A stretch of DNA of 64,000 nucleotides from Octopus sinensis. Taxonomy: Eukaryota. The notes under the pieces were generated by a model that saw only the letters and a program-made list of their open reading frames with translations, made no database searches and had not been told where the DNA came from. Positions 12,337 through 26,540 of the stretch are shown here, one piece after another. The stretch is taken from the NCBI RefSeq assembly GCF_006345805.1, contig NC_043006.1, positions 52,762,001 to 52,826,000 on the forward strand. Direction: 5' to 3'. The position numbers and the translations under genes were made by a program. The first letter of the stretch is position 1, and the number at the start of each line of letters is the position of its first letter.

Positions 12337-13598
12337 TATTGGGTTGGCAACTAAGTCCCCACCGTTTTTTTAAATTTCAATTTTTAAAAGGTTTAAATAA
12401 AAAAATAACAACTAATTAATCAATAATGTATTCACCCTTGTTATTTACAACTTCTTCCCAACGTTCAACAAGATTTTCAATATCTCGTTGATAGAATTCA
12501 CCGAATTTCGACTCGAAAAATTGATCCAACGAAGCTCCCAATTCTGCATCAGTATTGAAAGAAACTCTGCGCATAGCATTTGAAAGAGATCGAAAGAGGT
12601 GGAAATCTGTTGGCGCCAAATCAGGAGAGTACGGCGGGTGAGACAGCACTTCCCAGCCATGCATTTGAATGACATTCTTGGTCATATTGGCGATATGAGG
12701 GCGGGCGGTGTCGTGCAGCAGAAGAACTCCATGCTGCCGATTAGGTATTTTCTCTTGAATAGCCATGTTGAGTTGTTCCATCTGTTGAACATAGAGTTCC
12801 GCGTTGACCGTTTAGTTCCGTTTAAGCAATACGTTATGGATAATCCCTTCCCAGTCCCACCATACGCGCAACATCGTATTACGCCGATGAAGATCTTGTT
12901 TCACGCGCGGTGTCGCTTGTTTACGGGGGCTAAGCCATTCCTTACGCTGTTTCATATTGATATACAGGCACGATTTTTCGTCGCCAGTAACAATTTGGTA
13001 AAGAAATCGTTGACTGTGTCCATGAGTTAAGCGATGACGATCAAGCAAACCAGCGGAGATTGTGGCTCGTTGATTTTTGTTGTTCCATACTTCTGAACCT
13101 TTCCCATCGAGTGAAGATGCGTCTCTATAGCAGTGTGAGAACATTCCAATTCCTCTGCTAGTTCCCTTATCGTTTGACGAGAATTTTCGCACAAAATTTG
13201 ATTTAATCGCTCTTCACCGAACTCAAGTGGACGGCCAGAACTAGGTGCGCTTTTGAGGTCAAAATTTCCATTTTTGAACTTGGCATACCAATCACGAGCG
13301 GTTCTTTCAGCTATGTCACCCTCTACATACACAGCACAAATGTCACGAGCAGCTTTTGCGACCTTAGAGCCTTGATTAAAATCAAAAAGAAGGCGGAGTC
13401 GAAAATGCTCGTTTTTCTTAACTTGACATTCCATTTTAATGGTCTGAAAATAAACAAAAATTAACTAAAATAACAAGACAATAAAACAAAATAGATTCCA
13501 AAATGATTAAAAATAGAAATCTCGAAAAAAAATACCAAAATTTAAAAACGCAATACATTCTAAAATTTAAAAAGATAACGGCGAGTGCCAACTCAATA
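12337..13598 (-). mobile_element. Mariner DNA transposon (mellifera-subfamily-like), degenerate transposase
   Basis: TIR TA-TTGGGTTGGCAACTAAG with decayed partner GTGCCAACTCAA-TA; ORF pieces MECQVKKNEHFR..SGRP, IVTGDEK, LLHDTARPH, HPPYSPDLAPTDFHLF, GEYIID in three frames. Confidence 0.95.
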
Positions 13599-14303
13599 GA
13601 AAACCCTAAAATAATCTTTATTTCCATGTGGGTAGAAATGGGTTCTGCTCTCAACAACCTCTCGTAAAACCTTTCTCTCAGTTCTCACTATAGGGCACAA
13701 CTTCCAGATTGTTTAATGGCTTATGGTGGCAGGTCAGGTCATCAGTACCGGTGCGTGCATCGTAACTTCACCCAACCGCGTATTGCCAAAATTCGCCTCA
13801 ATGCTGAGCATCTACCCATGTTGTGCAGAAGTAAATCATGAGTTATGGCTAAATATCATCACCAATCTTTTGGTGTGACAATCGGGTTGTATAGTCTCAA
13901 ACAATATGAGCTGAATCAGCGGGTAGGTGTGTGACACACTAACTTGTCTCTTCGCCCAATACCAATGTTAAAAACAACACATACAGTGCCTTGAGTTCTT
14001 CCCCATTCTTACTCTAACGCAGGGTTTTTCCTTTTTCTTTGGAAGCATACAGGAGAAGCCCATGTGACTTTACCAATGCACAAGTAGGTTACCATTACCT
14101 TCTTTCTCTTTGGCACCTGCGTAACAAATTCGAGTAAAGAAAAATCTCCTGCTTTATAGCATAATGCTGCCATGCTGTCTTTCCTCTATCTAAATGTTTC
14201 ATATTCAAAGCTCGTCAGTTGTAAGTTGTGTTTACAAAAGAAAAAACTGGTTGCCTACTGAAGTTTCTATCGTTACTTTCATAAAGCAAAGTGTGTGTGT
14301 GTG

Positions 14304-14354
<51 letters not shown>

Positions 14355-14804
14355 TGAGTTTGTGCTGTCGTTGTTGTTTTTGCCAAATGTATTTACAAGA
14401 ACCACCCTTTACAGAATTATTCTACACAGAAATGTCAAAATTTTTCCCTTTCCAACTGGCAAGTTATCTTTTTTCTTTTGACGTTTAGAATCTGCGAAAA
14501 CACACTCATCTCTATTTTCGTTATTTTGGTTGGCGTTCTACAGTACTATTTCATACATCTATAAACATGTATTTAATTTATACATGTAGCAACATTTTAT
14601 ACAAGTATACAAACAAGACAGAAAAAAATTAAGTTTCTTCGAATATCAGACTAGATACTGTATGGGAAAACTTCCAATACTCGAATTTTTCTGTGAAAAT
14701 AACAAAATGAAATTCTTTCTTGAAGTTTAAACTTATTAGAATCCAGCCTCAAAGAGGTATCAAAAATACATCTTGAGAGGTTAGCAGTAAATAGTGATTG
14801 TGTT

Positions 14805-15250
14805 AGTTTCAAATTTTGACACAAGGCCAGAAATTTCGAGGAAGTGGTTACTCGATCATATTCGACCCCGCTGTTCAACTGGTGCTTATTTTATCGACCC
14901 CGAAAGGATGAAAGGAAAATTTGACCGCGGAGGAATCTGAGCTCAGAACACGAGGACAGACGAAACACTGCTTAGCATCTTTTCCTGCGCTCTATCAACT
15001 CTGCCAGCTCACCGCCCTAGATAGGGATAATATTCTTTTCTACTACAGGCACAAGGCCTGAAATTTGTGGGAGGTAGGTCGATTACATTGATCTCAGTGC
15101 TCAACTGGTACTTATTTATTTGATCCCTAAATGATGACCGGCAACGTTGACATCCGCGTTATTCAAATGAACATAAAACAATGTAAAGTAGGAAGGAATG
15201 CCGCTAAGTATTTTGTCCAGCTGGTAACAATTCTGCCAGCTTGTCGCCAT
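14805..15250 (-). mobile_element. Two tandem SINE family A copies
   Basis: Two copies of ACAAGGCC.GAAATTT...ACTGGT.CTTATTT.AT.GA.CCC...CTGCCAGCT. Confidence 0.8.
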
Positions 15251-17309
15251 AATGGTAATTAATATTAATAACAAGAACAACAACGGTTTCGTTTCTGCTA
15301 GAATGCATACATATTTTGCTGCTAGAATGCATACATAAAATAAACAGGTTATAAACATATTACAAAAGGTTGAGACAAAAAAAAACTCTATTAAATCAAA
15401 GACAGAGGGATGACTTTATATCATTACATGTTAATGAATATAAAATAGCACATATAGAGAGTTAAGTTGGATACCATGATGCGGACCAGGTGAAGGTTTT
15501 TACTCTGATATATTTTGCAGGTTTCCCATACTCTGCGCTCATTTCGTCGCCAATCTGTACCAAATTTGTAGCGAAACGGCCGTGTAATTACATTATATCT
15601 ATGTTTGATCTGTTAAGCATTATGGACTCCAGTGCAACGCGAGGGCAATGGACCTTCTCCCGCATACATTTTATTTGGCTTCTCTTGACAGCGCATTTTT
15701 TATGGTTCTTTTTTCAGTTTTTCTTTACTCTATTCTGCACCACACCTATTCGTTTTCATTTCCTAATCAACATCGGAAGCTGTCGGTTATGGCCAGCTAG
15801 AGGGTCTCTTGGTTCCATGGGCAATTGTTTCCTGATCGATTCTTGAAAACAAGATGATCTTTACCGATATAAAGTCACTTAAACTAATAGTACCCAGAGA
15901 AAAAGCAGCAGCTGTAGCTCACTTATTGTATTGTTCTTTTGCTTTTCTTTTCTCAAGCTCTTCTTGACAGAAAGTCCTTTTAAATTACTTTTACTGAAAA
16001 ATTTATGTAGAAGATAGACTATGTACCCTGAAGGATCGGCTTTGAAACCTTCTCTGCATACTTTCTACGAAGCTTAACTCTGGAATCACGTTGTGGTCTT
16101 AGGGGGTCAACATTATGGCTTTCGGAGATTTGTGTGACCCCCACCCAGTTATAACGCATTTAAGACTCCATTAGGGCTAAGCACCTGCTCTGTTCTACCA
16201 TAAAAGTGACAACGAACTAGGGGTCAACTTCGTATCAGATATTTTTGACGCTGATTCTTGTGCTTTTTACATTGACGGACTGGCTTATAAAGAGGTGTGT
16301 GATGTACCAGCTCAAAAACATAAATCCTTTTCTTTTGAGAGGTAAAGGCAAGACATTTCTTTACTCATCCTTCAACAAAATCGTGAGGTAAACAGAGACA
16401 ATGTTTTCTGACATATTTATCTAATTAAACGTTAATTTTCAATAATATTAAGCATAAGAATATAGACATTTTCTTACCTGCACCGATCCCAGAATTGCAC
16501 ACAAGCACTTTCACATATGTGAAAGTACAAAAAAAGGTAATCATAGTTGTGGAGATTTCTGATCTAACACGAGTTGGAGGGCTTTCTCTTGTGCATGGCT
16601 AGATTGACATGCTTGGTTGTTATTTTTTTTATACATTATATGTTTTAATTAAATATGTGTTTTACTTATTCATTTATTCGAAGCACCGAATCATATTTAT
16701 TATTTCTTCCTGGTTGGTAATACTAGCAAAACTTTTCTTGTAGTTGTTATTCCTGTTTTTGTTTGTATAATGTTTGTCAATGCCATTTTTGTGTGGTGTA
16801 GTGTGAAAGTCAGTGTTTATACTTTCTGTGTTTTGAAAATCTGTATCCATTTAATGAAGTGAGATTCGTTGTGTATTTTGTAAATTGTTAAAATCTGTGT
16901 TTCTAATTACGTCTGCTTGTTTAATTGTAATATTTCTGTTTATTCTTCTTTAAGCTGTATTTTTGTTTTAACGATTTAAAATAAATTTATTGACAGTCTT
17001 GAGTGTATGTCGCTATAACTGCTTTGTGCTTATCACCTCTTATCCTTACATCTGAAAGAGAGGCCATATTGAAACCCAAGTATGCATATATTTATTAAAT
17101 ATAAATTTAAACTGTTCAAGGACAAGTATTACTTATCCAACCCAAGTAAACAGAGCGAATACTGAAATGTTCCAAAATCGCTTGTTGGTAAAGTAGTTTA
17201 AAAGAAAAACATATCCATCTAGTAAAATTTGGTAATAATCCAATTCCTTGGAACAAATCTAAAGACATGACCATTTACGCCCAAAGTACGAATGCAATGA
17301 TAATCATTT

Positions 17310-17733
17310 TTAATAAAGACAGAAGGCCACAAATTTAGCGAGAGGGCTTAGTCGATTAAACTGGTGTCAGCCCGTGTCTGGTGCTTATTTTAGAATTTCT
17401 GGAAGGAGGAAAGACAAAGTTGAACAGAAACAAATATCGCGCAAAGTTGAACAGAAACAAATATCGCAAGACATTTTTCTAACACGAAAGATTCTTTCAA
17501 TCCAAATTATAATAATGATAATGGTTTCAAGTTTTAGTACAACGCCGGCAATTTGGGGGGAGTATTAAGTCGATTACATCGACCGCAATACTTAACTGGT
17601 ACTTATTTTATCGATCTCGAAAGGATGAAAAGTAAAGTCAATTTCTGCAGCATTTGAACTCAAAGCGCGAAGTTAGACGAAATGCCGCTAAGCATTTTTC
17701 CTGACACAATAACGATTCTGTTAGCTCACCACC

Positions 17734-17734
<1 letters not shown>
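17310..17734 (-). mobile_element. SINE family A copies (one degenerate, one near full-length) next to (AAT)n
   Basis: Same core motif as other family A copies; head ...GTTAGCTCACCACC followed by (AAT)n. Confidence 0.75.
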
Positions 17735-17787
<53 letters not shown>

Positions 17788-17836
17788 TAAAATATGTCTT
17801 ACGAGATGGTTACAAAGAAATATTTTGAAGATTACA

Positions 17837-19135
17837 TACGAGGGGCGTTCAATAAGTAATGACCCTGACCCACTTGCAGTTGTTTGATCTAGCTGAAAAT
17901 ATACATGTGCAATTATTTATATCTCTATAGATTAAGTGGCAAATTACAGCTCTGAACTAATTGTGGTTTCTGATTTACAGGCGTTTGAACTGAGTCAAGT
18001 GTGAAATGGAGCCTGTTGAGTGTCGAGCAGTAATCCGGTTTTTGTATTTGAAAGGATGCACACCACAGGAGACTTTTGATGAAATGAAAGTAACTTATGG
18101 TGATGATGCCCCATCATATGACCTTGTAAAACGCTGGCATCGTGAATTCAAACATGGTTAAAACTCTGTGGAAACAGCTCCCAGATCTGGTCGCCCCCCT
18201 TCTGCTAATGATGAGGCATCTGTCCGTCAAGTTGAGGCTGCCATTTTGGAAGATCGATGCATAACTATTCGCCAAATAGCCCATCAGGTCAAGTTTAGTA
18301 CCGGGTCTGTGGAAACTATCATTCATGACCATTTGAATATGCAAAAGGTGTCTACCAGATGGATTCCCAGGTTGCTCACACCGTTCCAGAAGCAAGAACG
18401 CGTCGAGTGCTCGAGGATGAATTTGGAGATGTGCCAAGAAGATGAGTCAAAATTTTTCAAAAGACTGATTACACAGGATGAAACCTGGGTCCATCACTAT
18501 GATCCAGAGACCAAAGCCCAGTCAATGCAGTGGAAGCACTGTGACTCACCTCCTTCAAAGAAGGCAAGGGTGCAGCCCTCCGCTGGCAAGGTCTTGCTCA
18601 CAGTCTTCTGGGACCAGGACGGAGTAGTGATGACAGATTTCCTGGCAAAGGGTACCACAATTACAGGAGCCTATTATGCTTCACTTTTGAGAAAATTAAG
18701 AGAAGCTATCAAAATCAAGAGGCGGGGCAAGATCAGCAAAGGCATCCTCCTCCTACAGGACAACGCTCCAGTCTACAACTCGTGTGTCGCCAGATCAGAA
18801 GCACAGGCGTGCGGCAATTAACTCCTCCCCCATCCCCCTACTCTCCTGACCTTGCACCCTCTGATTTTCACCTCTTCCCAGCCATGAAGTTGTCTTTGAA
18901 AGGAAAGCATTTCCCAGATGATGCAGCCTTGATTTCTGAAGTCACGTCGTGGTTGAAGGACCAAGCTGGGGTGGTCTTCTACAAAAACGGTCTCCAGAGT
19001 TGCATCAAACGATGGGAGAAATGCGTAACTCTGAGTGGTTCTTATGTAGAAAAAGGCTAATAACTGTGCCAAGTTTCGTTGCTCTACTTCTATGGGAAGT
19101 GGGTCAGGGGCATTACTTATTGAACGCCCCTCGTA
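17837..19135 (+). mobile_element. Near-intact mariner transposon (irritans-like), DD34D transposase with one stop and a frameshift
   Basis: Long, nearly perfect TIRs CGAGGGGCGTTCAATAAGTAATG..CCTGACCCACTT with TA flanks; ATG at 18006; motifs RSGRP, WIPRLLT, ITQDETW, LQDNAP, YSPDLAPSDFHLF, GSYVEK. Confidence 0.97.
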
Positions 19136-19676
19136 TATACGATAAAATGGACAAGAACGTAATACGTGAAAAATATAAAATAAATATAGCACTATAAACA
19201 GATTATTCTGATGACTCCAAACACTTTGCACTTTGGACAGTCTCCAGGCAGAATTCAAATATTTGCAGATTCACCACTTGTGTCTAGTTTTCATCACATT
19301 GCTAAAGAACACAATCAACCTTCACTTCAAGACATGGAGGACTCGATGAAGGCTTGTTCCCATACATAGAACCATATCCTCAAAACATTCCAAGTTGTTT
19401 GCTATACAACCTTTTACGGTATAGTCACCTGATAGAGAAGTATTGCCGCCCTTTCTTTCTTGACTCAATGATGGCAATGGGGCGATCTTCCTTACAGACT
19501 CGCCTTACAACCGAATCTTCTCTACATATGTCAATATTTAATGTAAATCCTCAAGTAAGCAATACTCGGGCACTATACATGTGTGTGCAGAACGGTTTCG
19601 TTATTTTGTACACATCAGAGAAGTCTGGTTGATGGAACTTCCGTGTTTGTAGTATTTGTACCAAATTACAATATAT

Positions 19677-19896
19677 ATTTCTTTATTGCCCACATAAAGG
19701 GGACAAACAAGGACAGACAAAGGGGTTAAGTCGATTTCATCAACCCCAGTGCGAAACTGGTACTTTATTTATCGACCCCGAAATGATGAAAGGCAAAGTC
19801 GACCTCGCCGGAATTTGAACTCAGAACGTAACGACAGACGAAATACCGCTAAGCATTTTGCCCGGCGCGCTAACGTGTCTGCCAGCTCGCCGCCCT
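19677..19896 (-). mobile_element. Full-length SINE family A with 17-bp TSD
   Basis: TSD TACCAAATTACAATATA at 19659-19675 and 19897-19913. Confidence 0.92.
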
Positions 19897-22292
19897 TACC
19901 AAATTACAATATAGCTATCTCTGTACTGGTATCACTGCCAGTCAGGGATATTGGCAGTTGTTCATAGACCCTGGGATGAGAGCCTTCCGTAACAAACTGT
20001 ACAATAGATTTTTGTACATATCTAAATTCCGTTCGAACGCTGTCGCTCTTACTCGTTACTAATCCTTCGCAGAATAAACGGTTGACATACCGCGGACCAC
20101 TTGGCCCAACATACGACATCTATAAGAGCCTGACAACATTCTCGATAACAAGTGCACAACTCTGGTCTTCGCTTGACATAGTAGAGCAACTTCCCTAAAT
20201 AGATGTCCTAAGAGGAGATAGGCCTGAAAAACAGCGACTAAAATCTACAACAAAAGATCTCTTCTAACAGAACCATGTACTGTCGTTTGTGTTCATCCTA
20301 GTCAAGTAACCTTCACTAGCTCGCTAATTCAGTTGTTTCAAGTTTTCTGAGCATTTTCAATTTCAGTAACTGTATCCCTGCTTATCCATCCTATGGGTTT
20401 GAGTGCGCAGGTAACAAACTTGTGTTTTGTGTAATCGACCATCGAAATTGTGGTCTCCTAAAGATATTCTTATACGTTGTCATTACAAATACTTAATCTA
20501 TACGATCTGGGTAACTAATGCGGTTTATCATTGGCAAGTTCGAAAACTCCAGTCGGTAAATTCATAAAGAAAGTTTGCGAGGTTTCCAATTTTTCAATTT
20601 TCCCTCTCAATCGACTATTTCCACGCAGGCTTCCATCAATTCCACCGTCTCTGAAAGGAGTATGGCGGAACTGACTGAGAATATGTGTTGTGGTTATTCT
20701 TGTCATTTTTCTTGCTATTGTTGTTGATATTTACGGTATATATGCTGATTTTGTTGTTTCTTTTGTTTGGCATTTCCTATAGTTGTTCTAGTGGATGTAT
20801 TTTTTTTTTACGTTGACGTCCTTTTTGTTGCTTTTGTTTCCTGATAGTAATATTTTGTAATACAACTGACATTATCCGGTTTTTTTTTTTCAACTTTTCT
20901 CTTGTTTTGATATGATCCAATCTCTTATTTCTATTTGTTATGGTGCGAGAAATTGGAAAAGCGAAAGCAATCGAGAAAGGAGACGGAAGAAGAGTAGGAA
21001 GGATTCTGGCTGATGCATATGAGCCGGTGCACCATTTATGTTGGTGAGGGAATTAGTATTGCTCTTACGGGAGGGCGCTACTCTGTTGTTACACATGTCG
21101 GTAAACACATCCATTATTTCTGCATTTCTTTTAGTGCTTGCTGCTGTTTTATAGCTGCTGATACTGCTGAATGTTTACCGAAAAACAAGTTCTGACTCTA
21201 TTAGCCAACTATATGGCTATTAGGAACTCAACATGTCTACAATAAACATTTTCATGGTCATTGGAGGCTCTACATGTAAAGAACGCAGCTCCGATAGTGA
21301 GACAGAATATCAACAATGATATGTCAAAAGAAAAAACAAACGTGCCACAGTAAATCACAGAAAAAAAATTTAAAAACCAACCCTTGGCACATGTAGAATT
21401 CTTATCCCCTCTGCTTATCTGCCTCATTCTTACTCTAGTGAGAAATCTCCTGCAAAAAAATCCAATGGTCATAAATGCTTTAGAAAATTTATAAAGACCG
21501 TGAATTTACGGAATCGTTAGGGCGTATAACAGATGTCTTAATATCATAAAGTATTTGTTCCGGCTCTTTTTCGAGATTGATAAAATAAATCACCAATTCA
21601 GGGTGAAATATTATTCTATTAATATATTTCTTCTTGCTCTTTTCATTCCAAGTTCTTGGGTGGCTTAATCTCTTGTTCGATTTAACACTAGCACTCTACT
21701 CTTGGGTACCTTTAGCGGAGTTCCTCCGTTTATAAGCATTCAGGCTAGGTCTTTGGCTTGAGTTTAACTTCCACCCTTCCTCCTATCAGCTTCAGAGGCT
21801 TTAAAAATAGGAAGGGCTGTAGGCGCTGCCCTTCCTTGCTGACTAAACGGTAAAAATATTCTTCGCTTCTCCTCTCTATGAATGATTTAAAACTATTTTA
21901 CAAAGAACATTGTTCTTCTGGGAAACCTACTTAAAATCATACATGAATTTAGTTGGGAGTGGGGAGGAAAAACTAAGTAATATCAAAGCTACTGTATAAA
22001 AAGTCAGATTAATTAGAAGTGAGATCTCTAAATTACATCCAGACATTGAAATCAAAGAATTATGACAGAACCACCTAAAGAACTGAGGAGAAGATAATAC
22101 TGATAAGCGGTGATGTCAGAAATGAAAGAAAACATTACGCATATTTATACTAAAAACTAAATTCAATGCCAGAATTTAGGTAATTGGCATAATATGTATT
22201 AGTCATCGTCGACATCAGCTACAGTTTCAACATAATAGATTAGAAATTAAGTGAACTGAAGCTCATGGAAACATTAATCACTTTATTTCGAA

Positions 22293-22372
22293 ACTATCTA
22301 AAGACAATAAAGATAGGATATAACCATCCCTCACTATCAAAAGACAATAAAGATAGGATATAACCATCCCTC
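22293..22372. repeat. 40-bp tandem duplication
   Basis: ACTATC(T/A)AAAGACAATAAAGATAGGATATAACCATCCCTC x2. Confidence 0.9.
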
Positions 22373-22549
22373 CTTTTTGTATTATCTACATCCTTGTGCA
22401 GCCCTTCCTAAGACAAATATAATTTATTTCATAAGTACTGCTATATTTCGTTTCTAGGTAATGCTTGGATAGATCGTGTTTCGAAGATAGAATCAAAAAA
22501 CAAGTCTTCATGTTATATGGGTCAAATATATCAACATTGATAAATATTA

Positions 22550-22763
22550 ACGGTTCTCAAATTTTGGCACAAGGCCAGCAATTTCGGGGGCGGGGTAAGT
22601 CGATAATATCTATCCCAGTGTTCAACTGGTACTTATTTTATCGAACCCGAAAGGATCAATGGCAAAGTTAGCCTCGACTGCACTTGAATTCAGAGCATAA
22701 GTTCGGAAGAAATACCACTAAGCATTTATTTCGGCACGGTAACGATACTGCCAGCTCATCACC

Positions 22764-22764
<1 letters not shown>
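22550..22764 (-). mobile_element. SINE family A copy adjacent to (AAT)n
   Basis: Family A core and head CTGCCAGCTCATCACC. Confidence 0.8.
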
Positions 22765-22823
<59 letters not shown>

Positions 22824-22826
<3 letters not shown>

Positions 22827-24271
22827 GAGGGGAAAAAAAGAATATTATAGACGAGTTAGATCAATACTAAAAACGGAGCTCAATGCTAAAAACAAGATAA
22901 TAGGTAACACTTTAGCTGTCCCAGTTATAAGTTACAGCTACAATATCCTTAACTGGACACTAAATGAACTGACCAAAATAGGTAGGAAAACAAGAAAAAT
23001 AATGACAGGATCTAGGATGCATCACCCAAAATCTGACATAAAAAGACTATATATACAACGTATAGAAGGTGGTAGAGGCCTTATACAGCTGGAAAACTAC
23101 TATAAAATAACCACCATAGGACTGCAAAAATATCTACTTCAGAAGGAAGGAAAACTGATGCAAATAGCGGCAAAACACGAGCAAAACAAAAAACTGTTCT
23201 CAGCTGACAAATACAAACAAGAAATCATACCACCTAACAAATATAAAGAAGAAGAAGAAGAAGAAGAAGAAGAAGAAGAAGAAGAAGAAGAAGAAGAAGA
23301 AGAAGAAGAAGAAGAAGAAGAAGAAGAAGAAGAAGAAGAAGAAACAACAAAAGCTATAAAACAAATGAAATCCAAACTAAAACTAGAACAGCAAAGAACC
23401 ATGATAAAACGATGGCAAGAAAAGCCCCTTCATGGAAAATACTGGACTAAACTAAATGCGAAAGAAACAGACAAAGAAAAATCCCAGCAATGGTTGAGAA
23501 GCTCAGGACTCAAAGCCGAGACAGAGGGATTTTTAATTGCAGCACAAAACCAAAGCCTCCCCACCAGAAATTACCAAAAACATGTAATGAAAATACATAT
23601 AACAAGTAAGTACAGAATATGTGGAGATGGACAAGAAACAATAAATCATATTATCTCTGGCTGCCCAGTCCTGGCTAAGAAGGAATATATTCACAGACAT
23701 GACAAAGTTGGAACCTACATACACTGGAAGCTATGCCAACATTATGGAATAACAACAGAAAAAAGATGGTATAGGTACACTCCAGAAAAGGTCACAGAAA
23801 ACGAGAAAGCAACCATACTCTGGGATATGCCGATACACACAGATAGAGAAATTAAGGCCAACAGACCAGATATAGTTGTCAGAGATCATGAAGAAAAAAA
23901 ATGCTTTCTAATTGATGAATCAATACCGGCAGATGACAACGTGTTTCTAAAAGAAATGGAGAAACTTTCAAAATACAAAGACCTGGAAATGTGAAATCTA
24001 AAGAGAGAAACAATTCCTATCATAGTAGGTGCATTAGGCATGATAAAAAAATATTCATACAAATACATAACAAAAACACCAGGACTTACAAACACATATA
24101 ACATACAGAAAATTGCACTACTAGGCACTGCACACATCCTACGCAGAACACTTTCCATACAATAACTATCACAGTAACCATCAGAGCATCACAACAAATC
24201 ACAGCACATACCCAAGGCACACAGAGCTGCGCTCGGTAGTGAAGTGAAAGCACACTATAAAAATAAAACTA

Positions 24272-24274
<3 letters not shown>
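22824..24274 (+). mobile_element. 5'-truncated R4/Dong-type non-LTR retrotransposon (restriction-like endonuclease) inserted in (TAA)n
   Basis: GGRGL, LIAAQNQSL, CCHC-like RICG..ETINHIISGC, RHD, NRPDIV, LIDESIP, KLSKY, VGALG, QKIALLGTAHILR; flanked by (AAT)n on both sides. Confidence 0.93.
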
Positions 24275-24320
<46 letters not shown>

Positions 24321-24332
24321 TAATAATAATAA

Positions 24333-24766
24333 TCTGCTCAATACCACAGATTTGCTTGTCAGTTGTTTGACCTTAACCAGTTGACCATGTCCTTTAGTGG
24401 CTGACGATATGTGCATCTCTGATCACGAGCAGAAGTAGTGGGGGAGCATCATAGCCGTGGGTTGAAAGGAAATCTTGGAGGTTTGGATAATTAACCTTTG
24501 GAAACATGGGTGTTTCGTTCAACAATCTTAAACAATCCTTATTCAGGGACCTTTTGAGTGGGATGGGCTACTCGACCAGAAGAAAATTCTAACTGGGCCC
24601 CACCTGCAAGGTCATGTGCTGTTTATCTTGATATGAGATCACCATGTCGCGCAATGTGGTTGTGATGTATGTGCCAGGTATACCTTTATCAGACGGGTAG
24701 TCATGATGGGTATACTGGGCTTCGTATATTTTACCCCAGTGTCACTTTGATGGCGCTCTCTCTCTC
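24333..24766 (+). mobile_element. (TAA)n-embedded non-coding repeat, 5'-truncated copy 1
   Basis: Highly similar to 25023-25464; bounded by (AAT)n. Confidence 0.8.
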
Positions 24767-25464
<698 letters not shown>

Positions 25465-25504
25465 AATAATAATAATAATAATAATAGTTATAATAGTTAT
25501 AATA

Positions 25505-25915
25505 AGGATGTAGTAAGAGTTCTCAGGGCACCATGGATCACTTGGTCATCGATAAAACAGTTTTGGGGCATTGTAAAAAAACATCTTACTAATATGTCTA
25601 TGGCTTGGATTGACATTAAGAAAGAATATGATATGATGCCACATTCTTGGATCGTTGAATGTCTGGAGGTGTTTGGTGTTGTTGACAAAATCACAAATTT
25701 TCTGATGCATAGCATGACAGGGTGGAAAACCAAATTGTACTCATACAATGTATTCCTTGGAGAAGTTAATATTAAAAGGGGAATCTTCCAAGATGACTCA
25801 TTTTCTCCGTTACTTTTTGTAAATTTACTAATACTCATAACAATGACACTTAGGAAAGTTAAGATGGGTTACTTATGTGGGAAGAAAGGCCCATCATTGA
25901 ACTATCTTCTTTCCA
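25505..25915 (+). pseudogene. Reverse transcriptase fragment of an R4/Dong-like LINE
   Basis: MAWIDIKKEYDMMPHSWI and IKRGIFQDDSFSPLLF correspond to the RT motifs D..KAYD and G..QGD.LSPLLF. Confidence 0.85.
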
Positions 25916-26540
25916 TCTTTCCACACAGCCTCTTTCGCTAAGTTCACCAAACAGATAAACACTGTCAGTCTTTAAGCATAGTGATCTCCGTTATAGACTC
26001 AGCTGATAGCTGGATACGTTCAACATGCGACAATAGGTGTTCGACATGACTCCACAATTCAACAATAATCGAGCACAGAACGCATATGAGCAGAAAAGCT
26101 TCGCCACTCTGCGTACATATCAGACCGGCATAGCTGCTTGCACATCCATGCCTATAAAGTTTATCTCAAACAGGCAATGCCTCCAGCCCTGACAACACTA
26201 CCACGCCAATGATTTGTAGAAGTTATCCATGGGTTCCCCGACCTCCTCCAGAACCGACTAGCCAGATGATTGTCCCCCTCCTCTCCTCCTTTGCTGCGGA
26301 CAGAAAGCCTTTAGATGGTTTGTGACATTACACAAGTGACACCTTGGCCGTTGAAGGCAGAAAGGTTTCAACAACCATGAACAATTGTGAGACCCTGTGA
26401 GATTGATTGGGTTCAAGATAACTTCCTTGATCTGCGTGGATAAATGATTTCACTCACTGGACATACAGAATATTGATTTTGTCCCAACGCCGAAGAGAGT
26501 AGCTAACACCAACCAGATATTATTTCTGGGGCCCTGCTGA
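25910..26540 (-). pseudogene. Possible degenerate L1/Tx1 ORF2 C-terminal fragment
   Basis: Minus strand AKEAVWK resembles the Tx1 C-terminal AK.A.W motif; GC-richer than the surroundings; heavily decayed. Confidence 0.35.

Noticed and set aside
13620-16350. GC-richer blocks at 13.6-14.0, 15.5-15.8 and 16.0-16.3 kb resembling old LINE coding sequence
   Set aside because: No diagnostic motif could be read with confidence
19200-20700. Possible further retroelement remnants
   Set aside because: Too decayed to classify without a homology search
21680-21890. GC-richer block tested as a minus-strand exon
   Set aside because: Stops in all frames and only a weak donor
22293-22372. Direct repeats of CRISPR-like length (also 17416-17468 and 15296-15336)
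   Set aside because: Simple two-copy tandem duplications without unique spacers; eukaryotic context and no cas genes
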